DNA of 33,962 bases from a virus (IMGVR_UViG_3300027566_000022:1-33962); one strand, 5' to 3'. Counted from the first letter of the stretch, positions 8,367-18,089 are shown. Made by a program: numbers and translations. The notes: generated from the sequence alone by a model not told the origin.

Positions 8367-8639
8367 ATGACCAGAGCCGAACTTGTAAAGACGTTTCAGG
8401 AAGCCACCCAACTGCCCGCCAATCAGGCTCAGGAATACCTTGAACGCTTTGGCGACATCGCTGCCGCAGAGCTGCTCGGCGGCGGCGAGATACCCCTGCC
8501 CGGCGTGGGCAAGCTTGTGATCAAGGAGCGCGCTGCCCGTAAGGGCCGCAATCCCCGTACCGGTGAGACGGTGGACATCCCGGCCAAGCGGGTGCTGGTC
8601 GTGAATTTGAGCAAAGATTTCCGCGAATCATTCAACTAA
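8367..8639 (+). CDS. hup: HU/IHF-family DNA-binding protein
   Basis: 90 aa, MTRAELV..., signature ARKGRNPRTGETVDIPA; AAGGAG RBS. Confidence 0.95.
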   Translation: MTRAELVKTFQEATQLPANQAQEYLERFGDIAAAELLGGGEIPLPGVGKLVIKERAARKGRNPRTGETVDIPAKRVLVVNLSKDFRESFN

Positions 8640-8701
8640 TGCGAAACCGCCCTGCGGGGCGGTCGTCGGAGCGTGGCGGCTCCGGCCTGATGATGCAGCC
8701 A
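8640..8701 (+). ncRNA. Type II hammerhead ribozyme with pseudoknot
   Basis: GAAA 8643-8646; stem III ACCGCCC/GGGCGGT; GUC cleavage triplet 8662-8664; stem I GTCGGAGC/GCTCCGGC; core CTGATGA 8687-8693; stem II TGC(8640-8642)/GCA(8695-8697); loop TGGC(8674-8677) pairs with GCCA(8698-8701). Confidence 0.92.
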
Positions 8702-8713
8702 AAAGGAGTCGTG

Positions 8714-9037
8714 ATGCCCCCAAAAGACCCCAAGATAGAAGCCCTTGAGCGCAAAGCAAAAAAAGTAAGGGAAGAAATCCAGTACAGAAAAACATGCCAG
8801 AAATATAACCTGAAACCATTAGAAACCTCGCGTGAATATACAACGCGCGTCAAACGTGAAGCCAAGGCCCTGCCCAAGGAATTGCGGCAACAGTGCCTTG
8901 ATACATATCGCAAAGGGGGCCTGACTCTTGAACAAATGGCAACGCTTTGTGGTGTAACAATCCATGAGATGGTTGGAGTATTCCTGATTAACCGCAAGCG
9001 TATCACCTACACCATTTTGAATGAAAAAACGGTATAG
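8714..9037 (+). CDS. Hypothetical basic protein with HTH-like C-terminus
   Basis: AAGGAG RBS at 8703-8708, ATG 8714 (the track start at 8639 reads through the ribozyme); GLTLEQMATLCGVT. Confidence 0.7.
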   Translation: MPPKDPKIEALERKAKKVREEIQYRKTCQKYNLKPLETSREYTTRVKREAKALPKELRQQCLDTYRKGGLTLEQMATLCGVTIHEMVGVFLINRKRITYTILNEKTV

Positions 9038-9039
9038 CC

Positions 9040-9720
9040 ATGACCTGCCCCGCCCGTACCCTCAAAGCACCCAGATATACCTGCTGGGAACGTATTCCGC
9101 AGATTACAGATAGGCGGGAAATACTGCTGTGTCAGCAGTGTCCATACGGGCGGCAGCTTATGGCCACTGTAGCGAAGGCACCAGAATTTGACCCGCAAGA
9201 CTTAGGCGGTGCCGTTCAGGAACATATTACGCCAAAAAAGGAGAACGTCATGGAGGCAAAGACCTACACGGTGCCGCAACTGGCCGCAGAGCTGGGATTT
9301 GCACCCGCGTATATATACACGGCCAAGGCTAGTAAACGTGAGCCTATGCCGGGGTCGAAGAATCATATGGTGCTTGAGGCCATGCGTGAGCGTGGCATTA
9401 CCTGGGACAATGTCGTGCCCGCCCCCAGGGGACTGAAAAAGGCCCATGTGGAGGCTGCACCGAGTATCGATTCCGCGCCGAACGTCACCCCCGAAGTGAT
9501 TGCCCCGCCACGGGCTGTGCTCGTCAGGGAGTCGCCAGCTCCGGCAATCCATGGTGAGGCCGATATGCCTGATGATACCAACTGCGGCACAGATGCCCCC
9601 AGCTGTCTGGCCGATAGTGACTGCTGCGAATGCGAAGCACAGCCCGTGCCGCTTGAACTTGTCCTCGCCGAGTTGAAGCGCCGCCTGCCTGGCGCATCTA
9701 TCACCATCACAATTGCGTAA
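9040..9720 (+). CDS. Hypothetical protein (CxxC, central HTH-like segment)
   Basis: In operon; YTVPQLAAELGFAPAYIY; alternative in-frame start at 9250 with AAGGAG. Confidence 0.65.
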   Translation: MTCPARTLKAPRYTCWERIPQITDRREILLCQQCPYGRQLMATVAKAPEFDPQDLGGAVQEHITPKKENVMEAKTYTVPQLAAELGFAPAYIYTAKASKREPMPGSKNHMVLEAMRERGITWDNVVPAPRGLKKAHVEAAPSIDSAPNVTPEVIAPPRAVLVRESPAPAIHGEADMPDDTNCGTDAPSCLADSDCCECEAQPVPLELVLAELKRRLPGASITITIA

Positions 9721-9732
9721 ACGGGGCCTATC

Positions 9733-10197
9733 ATGTCCGACAACCGTAAAATTACTGCATCCTGCCTGCTCAAGGTTAACGGCAGCGCCGTGCGCGTACA
9801 ACTTTCACCCGCCGCTATTTACGGCGGGCAAGAGGGGCACTACCGCGTGCGTGTAAACAGGATCTGGCGCAACGGGCATGACGGCAACCCGCTGTTTGTG
9901 GATCGGGCTGGTTTGGGGGCATTGCTGGCGGACTTGATGCACAGTACCCCGGCCCAGGTTACTGAGCGGCCTAACCTGCCCAGTGACGCCCGCGTCACCG
10001 TGACCATCTGGCAAGATGACGAGCCGAAACATCTGTCAGGATGGACGTACAGCACACCGATCAGAGCCGATGACGGGCTGTGGTATGTGGTGGTAAGCGC
10101 CGGGGGACGTCGATTTTTTGCGCGCTGCGAGGATGTACGGCTGCTGCCGCCAGCGGCACAGCCTGGGGGCCTGCGGAGGCGGCTATGCCGGTCATAG
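9733..10197 (+). CDS. Hypothetical early protein
   Basis: In-operon 154-aa ORF with GGGG RBS. Confidence 0.7.
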   Translation: MSDNRKITASCLLKVNGSAVRVQLSPAAIYGGQEGHYRVRVNRIWRNGHDGNPLFVDRAGLGALLADLMHSTPAQVTERPNLPSDARVTVTIWQDDEPKHLSGWTYSTPIRADDGLWYVVVSAGGRRFFARCEDVRLLPPAAQPGGLRRRLCRS

Positions 10198-10778
10198 ATT
10201 TTAGCACGGGGCAACCCGTAGAACGCCGCGTGGAGGCCCCCACCAAGGTGCAGCCCGAAAAGGCGCAACCGGCACGCCGTAAACGCGGTACCCTAGCGCA
10301 TGAAATGCGCACGGCCCTGCTGGCCAAGGTGCATATTGCAAAAACGCAGCTGGGCATGACGGATGGCGAATATCTTACCCTGCTTGACTCGTATTACAAT
10401 GTGAGCAGCGCTGGTGTGCTGGGCCTGACCGAGCTGAAGGGCCTCGTGCTGGTTATGCAGCGGGAATATGGATTTAAACCGACCAAGGGTAGCGCAAAGC
10501 GTAAGGCAGCACGAAAAAAAGCCATCCCCGCTCCCTTGCAGCCAGAAGCCGATGACCCACTGGCAACCAAACAACTGCTTGAAAAAATTGAGGCCCAGTT
10601 GACGGAAAAGGGCCGGGTCGAGGGTACGCATGTACCCTGGGGCTATGCTGTGGCCGTCCTTAAAAAACAGTCCGGTGGCGTAACGCGGTGCTTTGAGCAC
10701 GCGACAGCGGAACAACTGCGCGGGGTTATATCCGCGTTAACGCGCGACGCCAAAAGGAAGGGACGGAGGGCGTACTAA
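10185..10778 (+). CDS. gemA: GemA / Mu gp16 (DUF1018) family protein
   Basis: RTALLAKVHIAKTQLGMTDGEY motif; GGAGG RBS before ATG 10185; precedes Mor. Confidence 0.88.
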   Translation: MPVIDFSTGQPVERRVEAPTKVQPEKAQPARRKRGTLAHEMRTALLAKVHIAKTQLGMTDGEYLTLLDSYYNVSSAGVLGLTELKGLVLVMQREYGFKPTKGSAKRKAARKKAIPAPLQPEADDPLATKQLLEKIEAQLTEKGRVEGTHVPWGYAVAVLKKQSGGVTRCFEHATAEQLRGVISALTRDAKRKGRRAY

Positions 10779-11146
10779 TGGCCCGTGTTTGGATCAGTTA
10801 TGGAGAACTTGTGGACATCATCGGCGCGGACATGGCAAAAACATTGTGCATTACGCGCGGGGGCGTCTATATTTATGTCCCCAAGATTGAATCCACAGAC
10901 ACGGAACTAGCGAAAGTCATAGGAATCACGGCGTTGAGATCCCTAATTGCCGTGTACGGAGGCGAGGTCATCGTGGTGCCGAATCACCGTAAGGGTACAC
11001 CACGCAAAGGTGACATCATAAAAATGCTTGACGCCGGGGCTAGCGCCAGAGAAATTGCCCTTCGCCTTGACGTTACACAGCGATATGTGGAACATGTATC
11101 TACGGTGAGCAGGCCTAAGGCCAAGCAAGCCAGTTTATTTGAATGA
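10778..11146 (+). CDS. mor: Mor/C-family transcription activator
   Basis: LVDIIG...RGGVYIYVPK...YGGEVIVVP plus C-terminal HTH GASAREIALRLDVTQRYV; last early gene. Confidence 0.85.
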   Translation: MARVWISYGELVDIIGADMAKTLCITRGGVYIYVPKIESTDTELAKVIGITALRSLIAVYGGEVIVVPNHRKGTPRKGDIIKMLDAGASAREIALRLDVTQRYVEHVSTVSRPKAKQASLFE

Positions 11147-11149
11147 TGC

Positions 11150-11196
11150 CCCCGAACAATATCGGGGTGAGACTTTAAGCCTTCCTGCGGCATAAC
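11150..11196 (+). promoter_or_regulatory. Late promoter 1 (lysis/packaging), activator palindrome + -10-like hexamer
   Basis: CCCCGAACAATATCGGGGTG 11150-11169; CATAAC 11191-11196. Confidence 0.75.
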
Positions 11197-11218
11197 TAGC
11201 TGCAAGGAGGGCTTTTTT

Positions 11219-11557
11219 ATGCCCGTTGATACTTCACACGAGTCTCTATTTTCCAAGTTGCATCTCACCCTGCGGCCCCTGTACGACTTCCGCGCGTGGT
11301 TGTTAATCCTTGTGTGCCTGGGTTTCGGCATGCTGGTAGATCCCGTGGCCACGCTGGGGCTTGCTGGCTATCTGTCTTACGTCATCGGTATGTGGGGCGC
11401 TGCCCTCATGCTGTCCAAAATTCTCACGCCGTACATCCGTATGTCTGCTTACGCCAGATCAGCCCTGGGCGGCAACGTCGCCGCTGCCATCGTTGTGCTG
11501 GCCCGTGTGCTGCTGCTGATCTGCATCGCTATCTGCCTGGTCGCCTGGGGTAAGTGA
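11219..11557 (+). CDS. Putative holin
   Basis: 112 aa, about three hydrophobic segments, directly upstream of the endolysin; AAGGAGG RBS. Confidence 0.7.
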   Translation: MPVDTSHESLFSKLHLTLRPLYDFRAWLLILVCLGFGMLVDPVATLGLAGYLSYVIGMWGAALMLSKILTPYIRMSAYARSALGGNVAAAIVVLARVLLLICIAICLVAWGK

Positions 11558-12231
11558 TGCTCCGCGCAAGTGCTTTGCCTGTGTTGGCCGTTCTGTATCT
11601 GCCCATGCTTTGGGCCGAGCACCAATCCTACACGCCGCAGTTTTATGATGCGTCAGTCTACGCCGGTCAAATCGAGCAGGAAACGTGTGCAGGGCTGACC
11701 GACAAGCGTTGCTGGAACCCCAAAAACGAGATGAAAACCCGCCGTGAATATGGCTTTGGCTTGGGGCAGCTCACCATCGCATACGACAGTGCCGGGCGTG
11801 AGCGTTTTAACAATTTTCAGGACGTCAAAAAGCTGCATAGCTCCCTCAAGACCTGGAAATGGGAAGACCGCTACAACCCACGCCTCCAATTACGGGCGTT
11901 TGTGCTTAAAGACCAACAGGCGTGGAACGCCTTCGGCCTCGCAGCTACTGATGAGGACCGCGCCTGCATGATGCTCGCCGCATACAACGGCGGCATCGGC
12001 GGTGTGCTGGCAGATGTGTCCTACTGCCGCCAGGTGTCAGGCTGTGACCCCAAGCGCTGGTTTGGAAATCTGGAAACCCACAGCCGTAAAAGTCGTAACA
12101 GCCTGGGCAAGGAATATGCGGGGGCATCTGCGTACTCGATTACCAGAGCCTATGTGCGCAACGTTATGCTGGAAAAGCGGCAACGCTATCGTCCGGCGCT
12201 GGCCACATTGGCCGCAAGGGGGAGCTTATGA
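11557..12231 (+). CDS. Endolysin, lytic transglycosylase (SLT-like)
   Basis: GQIEQET (catalytic Glu), GFGLGQL and LAAYNGG motifs. Confidence 0.88.
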   Translation: MLRASALPVLAVLYLPMLWAEHQSYTPQFYDASVYAGQIEQETCAGLTDKRCWNPKNEMKTRREYGFGLGQLTIAYDSAGRERFNNFQDVKKLHSSLKTWKWEDRYNPRLQLRAFVLKDQQAWNAFGLAATDEDRACMMLAAYNGGIGGVLADVSYCRQVSGCDPKRWFGNLETHSRKSRNSLGKEYAGASAYSITRAYVRNVMLEKRQRYRPALATLAARGSL

Positions 12232-12608
12232 CCACGGGCATAAAGGCCGCACTGACGATTCTGGGCGTGCTGTTGATACTGGCGGGAGGCTCTGCCGGGT
12301 GGCAAACATTACGGCTTGAGAAGGCAACAGCACGTGTTGACGCGCTGGTAAAGGATGTTGCCAGCGCCAAGGCCGACACCGAGCGTTGGGAGGCTGAGGC
12401 TAAACGGCTCACCACAAACGCCAAAGTCCAAGCGACCCTAGCTGAAGCATGTCTGAAGCGCGAAGCCAAAGCGCAGGAAGAGGCCACGGCCATTGCCGAC
12501 ATTATGTCGCAGACCGTACCCAAAGAAATAACGCCGGAGCAAATCCGGCAGGGGGTGGACGATGCTACGCGCAAGCGTGCTGCTGATATGCTTAATCGGC
12601 CTTGGTAG
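12228..12608 (+). CDS. Putative i-spanin (Rz-like)
   Basis: N-terminal TM helix plus coiled coil, after the endolysin. Confidence 0.75.
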   Translation: MTTGIKAALTILGVLLILAGGSAGWQTLRLEKATARVDALVKDVASAKADTERWEAEAKRLTTNAKVQATLAEACLKREAKAQEEATAIADIMSQTVPKEITPEQIRQGVDDATRKRAADMLNRPW

Positions 12609-12843
12609 TTTGGCTGGCTGCTCGACAGCAAGCTTGCCCGTGCCTCCGCCTGTTGTGGTGACGGTACAGCGGTGCGCGCGGCCAGCGGCCCCCTCAGTGC
12701 CCAAACTGCGGGGGGATATCCCTTTTGATAGCCCCAGTCAGGTTGAGGCCACGCTTACCCGTGACGCTCGTTTACGCCTGTATGCTGCCCAGCTCAACGA
12801 TGCCCTGGATTGCTACGATGCCCAAGCTGAGGGGGGCAAATGA
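12562..12843 (+). CDS. Putative o-spanin lipoprotein (Rz1-like)
   Basis: Signal peptide with lipobox LAGC, Pro-rich, overlaps the i-spanin end. Confidence 0.78.
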   Translation: MLRASVLLICLIGLGSLAGCSTASLPVPPPVVVTVQRCARPAAPSVPKLRGDIPFDSPSQVEATLTRDARLRLYAAQLNDALDCYDAQAEGGK

Positions 12844-13220
12844 CTCTCTGGGAAATTTTCTGGAAGTATGGCTGGGCTTTTGTTCTTTTGCTCCAGGCTT
12901 TGGCCCTGTGGGTAAGTTGGAGCATGTCTCGACAGTTCGTGACGCACGCGTTTTTTGAAGCGTTCAGTAAGGGCATGGATGAACGCTTCAAGCAAATCGA
13001 ATTACGCCAAGCTGAAGCTGATAACTTGCATACCCAGATTGCGGCAACACTTGCAGCTCTCCCCACTGCAAAGGACCTACATCGCCTTGAAGTAGGCCTG
13101 ACGTCCATCGAGGGGTCCGTAAAAGCCAGCCAAGCAGAAGTACGCGGGCTGGCCAGTGGTGTGGGTCGCATTGAACGAGTCGTAGATATTATTACTGAAT
13201 CGCATATTGGAGGGAAGTAA
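12840..13220 (+). CDS. DUF2730-like membrane-anchored Mu-like protein
   Basis: N-terminal TM, coiled coil, LPTAKDLHRLE motif; conserved position before gp26/gp27. Confidence 0.7.
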   Translation: MTLWEIFWKYGWAFVLLLQALALWVSWSMSRQFVTHAFFEAFSKGMDERFKQIELRQAEADNLHTQIAATLAALPTAKDLHRLEVGLTSIEGSVKASQAEVRGLASGVGRIERVVDIITESHIGGK

Positions 13221-13528
13221 TGTCGCATAACGAGGAATTCCAGCGCCGCATGGTGGAAGACCGCCGCCTGGTAATCCTGCGCTACCTGGACGAAGAACCG
13301 GACGGCCGCATGAGTGTGAGTCTCATGGCCGACGCGTTGGAGATTATGAGCCATCGCGTGCCCCGCATTACCGTACTGGAAGATGCTGGCTATCTTGAAG
13401 GCTTGGGGCTGCTGCGCGTGGAATATGTGGGCGACGTGCCCATGCTCCGCCTGACCGGGCGTGGTGCGGAGGTGGCCAAGGGGTTGATTGAAGTGCCCGG
13501 CGTTAAAAAGCCCGCGCGCGGGGAATAG
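13220..13528 (+). CDS. Mu gp26-like winged-helix protein
   Basis: EDRRLVILRYL...LTGRGAEVAKG...VPGVKKP. Confidence 0.8.
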   Translation: MSHNEEFQRRMVEDRRLVILRYLDEEPDGRMSVSLMADALEIMSHRVPRITVLEDAGYLEGLGLLRVEYVGDVPMLRLTGRGAEVAKGLIEVPGVKKPARGE

Positions 13529-13530
13529 CT

Positions 13531-14088
13531 ATGACTCGCAAGAGCAGCGTTACCCGGCTGTCGTCTGATCTGCGCAGGCAGATAGACAAGGCGCTTATCG
13601 ATGGTCGCATGACCCTGGACGAGCTGCACGACTTTGTATCGGGCAAGTGCGCGGCTGCCGGGGCCGATGCGCCATCGCGCACGGCCCTGTGGCGATATTC
13701 CACCAATTTTTCTGCCGCTGCCCAGGTCATGCGAGAGAACCGCGACATGGCCCGCGCTCTTGCCCAAGAGCTGGGAGCGGAAAGCGTGGAAGGTGAACAG
13801 GGGCGGCTGCTGGTGGAAATGCTGCGAGGTCTTGTGTACCGCACCATGCAGGAACGCATGACAGAACCGGATGCCAAATTTGATCCTGCGGAGGTGGACA
13901 AGATCGCACGCAGCCTCAAAAACCTGTCTCAAGCCATGAGCCTAGAGGCTGATTTTGCCAAGCGCATACGCGAAGAAGAGCGCAAAAAAACGCTTGATGA
14001 GGCGCGGGACAAACTGGATGCGGCTGCAGATGATGGACTTGATCCTGCTGTTGCCCAGGAAGCTCGCCGCGTCCTTGGATTTGAATGA
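13531..14088 (+). CDS. terS: DUF3486 / Mu gp27-like terminase small subunit
   Basis: MTRKSSVTRL...SRTALWRY; directly upstream of TerL. Confidence 0.8.
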   Translation: MTRKSSVTRLSSDLRRQIDKALIDGRMTLDELHDFVSGKCAAAGADAPSRTALWRYSTNFSAAAQVMRENRDMARALAQELGAESVEGEQGRLLVEMLRGLVYRTMQERMTEPDAKFDPAEVDKIARSLKNLSQAMSLEADFAKRIREEERKKTLDEARDKLDAAADDGLDPAVAQEARRVLGFE

Positions 14089-15413
14089 TGGACATTGCCC
14101 ATCCCATAATCAAATTTTTGCCATATCAGCAAGCCTGGCTGAAGGATAATGCCCGTTTCAAGATAGGTATGTTTGCTCGCCAGACGGGCAAAACATTTAC
14201 CACGTGCGCCGAAATTGTTGACGACTGCATCCAGGCCGAAATCAAGGGTAGCAAAGTGCGCTGGGTTATCCTTTCTCGTGGTGAGCGTCAGGCCAAAGAA
14301 GCTATTGACGAAGCAATCAAACCCTTTTGCAAAGCTTTTTATATCGTCTACGCAGGGCTGCTGAAAGGGCGCGCGGATCCAGTTTATTACGAAGGTGAAT
14401 TTCGTACGGCTGACAATGCCGTTTACAAAACCCAGGAAGTCATTTTCCCCGGTGGATCGCGCATCACAGCCCTGCCCGCAAATCCTGATACCGCGCGCGG
14501 CTATTCTGCCAACGTGTTTCTTGACGAATTTGCATTCCACAAAGATAGCCGTGCCATATGGAAAGCCCTTTTCCCGGTTATTTCGAAGCCCGGTCTCAAG
14601 CTGCGCATAACCAGCACGCCCAACGGCAAAGACAATAAATTTTACGAGCTTTGGACAAACAAGGACACGGTTTGGTCAAAGCACCAGGTGGATATTTACA
14701 GTGCGGTATGGCAGGGACTTGACCGTGATATCGACATGCTTAAAGCGGCCTTGGACGACGATGACGGCTGGTTACAAGAGTATGAGCTGAAATTTCTCGA
14801 CGAGGGCAGCGCGTGGCTGACCTATGATCTTATCACGGCCTGCGAAGATGAAAACGCCGGAAAGCCGGAACTATACACAGGCGGCGTGTGCTATATCGGC
14901 AATGATATTGGTGCCAGGCGTGACTTGTGGGTTGCCTGGGTACTTGAAGAAGTGGGCGATGTGCTTTGGACACGCGAAATTTCGGAATTGAGCAAGGCAA
15001 AGTTTGCGGAACATGACCTTGAGATTGCCCGGCTGAACCAGAATTACAATATGGCCAAGCTGGCAATGGACCAAACCGGCATGGGCGAAAAGCCTGTGGA
15101 AGATATGCAGGCCGAATATGGCGAAGGGGTTGTGGAGGGGGTAATCCTGTCCAGCAGCCGTCGCCTGGCCATCGCCACCGCAGGCAAGCAGCGGTTTGAA
15201 GATCGCAAAATACGCATTCCTGCGGGAAACAGCATTTTACGGGCAGATCTGCATAAACTTAAAAAAGTCAGTGGCGACACTGGTGCGCCTCGTCTTGTGG
15301 CAGATCGGGACAGTATTGGACATGCAGACCGCACCTGGGCTTGTTTTTTGGCAGTTGCCGCTGCCGGTGGGCCGGATACGTTGCGTACATGGGAGAAGTT
15401 AGCCAATGGTTAA
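14085..15413 (+). CDS. terL: Terminase large subunit (Mu gp28-like)
   Basis: FLPYQQAW, ARQTGKT (Walker A), TARG...VFLDEFAF (Walker B), STPNG, GNDIG, HADRTWA. Confidence 0.93.
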   Translation: MMDIAHPIIKFLPYQQAWLKDNARFKIGMFARQTGKTFTTCAEIVDDCIQAEIKGSKVRWVILSRGERQAKEAIDEAIKPFCKAFYIVYAGLLKGRADPVYYEGEFRTADNAVYKTQEVIFPGGSRITALPANPDTARGYSANVFLDEFAFHKDSRAIWKALFPVISKPGLKLRITSTPNGKDNKFYELWTNKDTVWSKHQVDIYSAVWQGLDRDIDMLKAALDDDDGWLQEYELKFLDEGSAWLTYDLITACEDENAGKPELYTGGVCYIGNDIGARRDLWVAWVLEEVGDVLWTREISELSKAKFAEHDLEIARLNQNYNMAKLAMDQTGMGEKPVEDMQAEYGEGVVEGVILSSSRRLAIATAGKQRFEDRKIRIPAGNSILRADLHKLKKVSGDTGAPRLVADRDSIGHADRTWACFLAVAAAGGPDTLRTWEKLANG

Positions 15414-16842
15414 GACCCGCACATCGCGCCCGGCTCTCCGGGCCACAAGCCGCCGCAGCATGCGCGACGGTTTCCAAAATTTTGCGGCAAAACTTGGACT
15501 TGGCCAGGACAACATGCTGGCCAAGAGCGGCTATGCTCAGGGGAGCTATCTGACCCGTGACCGACAGCAGCTTGATGATATGTACCGCACCAGCTGGCTG
15601 GTGGGCCGCACCGTCAACGTTGTACCCGAGGACATGGTGCGCGGCGGCATCGATGTGCGCACCCAGTGGGACGAGGGCAAAACGGACGAGCTGCTGCGTG
15701 AGCATCGGCGTGTGGGCTGCCCTGGGCGTTTGAGTGATGCCCTAAAGTGGGGTCGTCTGTATGGCGGTGCGCTGGCCGTGCTACTGATAGACGGCGATGA
15801 CCTGTCCACCCCGCTGGAGATAGACAGCATAACCGAGGGCAGCTTTTTGGGTCTGCATGTGCTGGATCGCTGGCAGGTACAGCCCAGCAGCGAGCTGATC
15901 ACTGACCTCGGCCCCATGCTGGGCTACCCTGAATTTTACAGTGTAAACACTGTCGGCGGTATGGCTGGCGAGCGCATACATCACACCCGTGCCCTGCGTT
16001 TTGTGGGTGTTGAGTTGCCGTACCAGCAGCGGATCAGTGAGCAGCACTGGGGAGCCAGCGTAGTCGAACAAATGGAATCCCGTATGCTGGCCTATGACAG
16101 TGCCACAGAAGGCAGCGCCAATCTGTTGTACAAATCCTTCCTGCGGGTGATCGGTGTTGACGGCCTGCGGTCAATACTGGCGGCTGGCGGCAAGGCCGAA
16201 CAGGCGTTAATCCGCCAGTTTGAAATGGTCCGCCAGATGCAAAGTAACGAAGGCATCACCCTGCTGGACAAAAACGATACGTTTACAACTGCCGGTTACA
16301 GTTTTGCAGGTGTGTACGATGCAATGCAGGCCTTTGCCGAGCAGATAGCCGGGGCCACCGGTATTCCCCTGGTGCGCCTGCTGGGGCAAAGCCCCAAGGG
16401 CTTTTCCACGGGCGAATCAGATTTGCGCACCTACTACGACACTATCGCCACCTTGCAGGATGACGACCTGCGGCCCGCGCTCAATGTGATCTTTGCCGTG
16501 TTATCTCGGCACCTGTGGGGTGAAAGCCTGCCGGATGGCTTCAGCTTTGAGTTTGAGTCCCTGATGCAGCCTTCCGAGCTTGATAAATCACAGATCGCAA
16601 CATCCGACGCCCAGGCCGTGGCCGCTCTTGTGCAGGGGGGCATCATCACCCCAAGCCAGGGGCTTGCCGCCCTGCGCGACAGCGCCCGAGTAACTGGGCG
16701 TTTTGCGGGTATCAGTGATGCGGACATTAACCGCGCTGAAAAATCCGAGCAGGCACCGCCCCTGCCACCATTGCCCACACAACAGTCCACTACGGCCTTT
16801 GCGCCGCTGAGCATGGCCAATGGCAACCCCGCCGCCCAATAG
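15406..16842 (+). CDS. Portal protein, DUF1073 type
   Basis: DGFQNFAAKLG, MYRTSWL...VPEDMVRGG, WGRLYGGA, GATGIPLVRLLGQSPKGFSTGESDLRTYYD. Confidence 0.88.
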   Translation: MVKTRTSRPALRATSRRSMRDGFQNFAAKLGLGQDNMLAKSGYAQGSYLTRDRQQLDDMYRTSWLVGRTVNVVPEDMVRGGIDVRTQWDEGKTDELLREHRRVGCPGRLSDALKWGRLYGGALAVLLIDGDDLSTPLEIDSITEGSFLGLHVLDRWQVQPSSELITDLGPMLGYPEFYSVNTVGGMAGERIHHTRALRFVGVELPYQQRISEQHWGASVVEQMESRMLAYDSATEGSANLLYKSFLRVIGVDGLRSILAAGGKAEQALIRQFEMVRQMQSNEGITLLDKNDTFTTAGYSFAGVYDAMQAFAEQIAGATGIPLVRLLGQSPKGFSTGESDLRTYYDTIATLQDDDLRPALNVIFAVLSRHLWGESLPDGFSFEFESLMQPSELDKSQIATSDAQAVAALVQGGIITPSQGLAALRDSARVTGRFAGISDADINRAEKSEQAPPLPPLPTQQSTTAFAPLSMANGNPAAQ

Positions 16843-18088
16843 TTCTCTATCCGTAAGTACGGCACCCTGGCCCGGCCTGGCCTGGACGTGGGCCGATGCC
16901 GCAACGGCCAAGGCAGGAGTGTTTACGCCCTCACGCGCGGCGGAGCGCAGTTATGAGCGCACCCTGTGCAGCCTTGCCGGACAGATATCACAGGTATTGA
17001 CCAGCAACCGGCCCCAGGATGCAGAAGACATACTGCGTACCTACGCCGATGCCATCACGCCCTGGGCGCAGCAAAGCGCTGCCAACATGCTGGACGGCGT
17101 GGCGCGCGGCAATCTGGATCAGTTCCGGCGCATCGCCGACCGCATGGGCTTGGATATGCGTATGTTTCTGGCGGGCGATCCCATTGGCCAGACCGTTGCC
17201 CAGCGCATCGAGGCTAACACAACCCTGATCAAGAGCTTGCCTCTGGAGGCGGCTATGCGCGCGGGTGCGCTGGCCCACGAGGGACTGATCAGCGGCATGC
17301 GGGCCGAAGACATGGCGGCAGAGCTGGCCAGCATTGGCGGCACCACCATGAGCCGGGCGCGCTGTATTGCGCTGACCGAGGTCAGCAAGGCCAGCACGGC
17401 ACTTACCCAAGCGCGAGCCGGATCAGTTGGCAGTGATGGTTATATCTGGCGCAGCGTGCGCGACGGGGCCACCCGCCCCAGCCATCGGGCGATGGAAGGC
17501 AAGTTCGTATCCTGGGACAGTCCACCCACGCTGGACGGCATGACCGGCCACGCCGGAGAATTTCCGTATTGCCGCTGTTATCCTGAGCCTGTTATCCCCA
17601 AAGGTGATGACACACGCAAAACTTTTGCCGTCAGCAGTTTGCCCACGCAAGAACAGGAAAAAAGCAGCGGCGAACAAAAGCTCTACACCCAGTGGGAAAA
17701 GAGCCAGGGGGCCGAAGTGGTCCGTCATGTGCCAGGCGCACCACTATATAATGTCGAGCGGGCGCAACTGGACATGGGCAAATTGTCTGCCTACGCTCTT
17801 GACCCTGACCATCCGCGCGGCGGCGACAAGGCTCGCGTGTTTGCATCGGCGCTGGGGCTTGGCCCACAGGATGCGGGATGGCTGCGTGACCAGGTCATGC
17901 AGCAGCTGCCCACCGTGGCAGCCCTGGTCAAGCCTGGTACGGAATACGGGCAACGGTTTGACGCCTTGGTCCCCGTTACCGGACGCAACGGCAGAACAGT
18001 TGCGGTCAAGACCGTATGGCAGTATGATTATACGGATGGCGGCATACACACCGCCCCACGGCTTATAACCATGTATGTGGACAAATAA
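16820..18088 (+). CDS. MuF (SPP1 gp7-like) head protein with C-terminal DUF6883-like extension
   Basis: MuF motifs RARCIALTE, YIWRSVRDGATRPSH, HAGEFPYCRC; extra ~115-aa domain KLSAYALDPDHPRGGDKARVFASALG...YGQRF...TVW...PRLITMYV. Confidence 0.85.
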   Translation: MATPPPNSSLSVSTAPWPGLAWTWADAATAKAGVFTPSRAAERSYERTLCSLAGQISQVLTSNRPQDAEDILRTYADAITPWAQQSAANMLDGVARGNLDQFRRIADRMGLDMRMFLAGDPIGQTVAQRIEANTTLIKSLPLEAAMRAGALAHEGLISGMRAEDMAAELASIGGTTMSRARCIALTEVSKASTALTQARAGSVGSDGYIWRSVRDGATRPSHRAMEGKFVSWDSPPTLDGMTGHAGEFPYCRCYPEPVIPKGDDTRKTFAVSSLPTQEQEKSSGEQKLYTQWEKSQGAEVVRHVPGAPLYNVERAQLDMGKLSAYALDPDHPRGGDKARVFASALGLGPQDAGWLRDQVMQQLPTVAALVKPGTEYGQRFDALVPVTGRNGRTVAVKTVWQYDYTDGGIHTAPRLITMYVDK

Positions 18089-18089
18089 T

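Noticed and set aside
8639-8713. N-terminal 25 codons of track ORF 8639-9037, or a simple terminator here
   Set aside because: The segment is fully explained by the hammerhead fold, has no U-tract, and the RBS points to a start at 8711/8714
15406-16842. DUF1073 gene as an anti-CBASS Acb1 protein, a label some pipelines give this family
   Set aside because: Size and position between terL and MuF indicate a portal, and I see no pair of HxT/S phosphoesterase motifs
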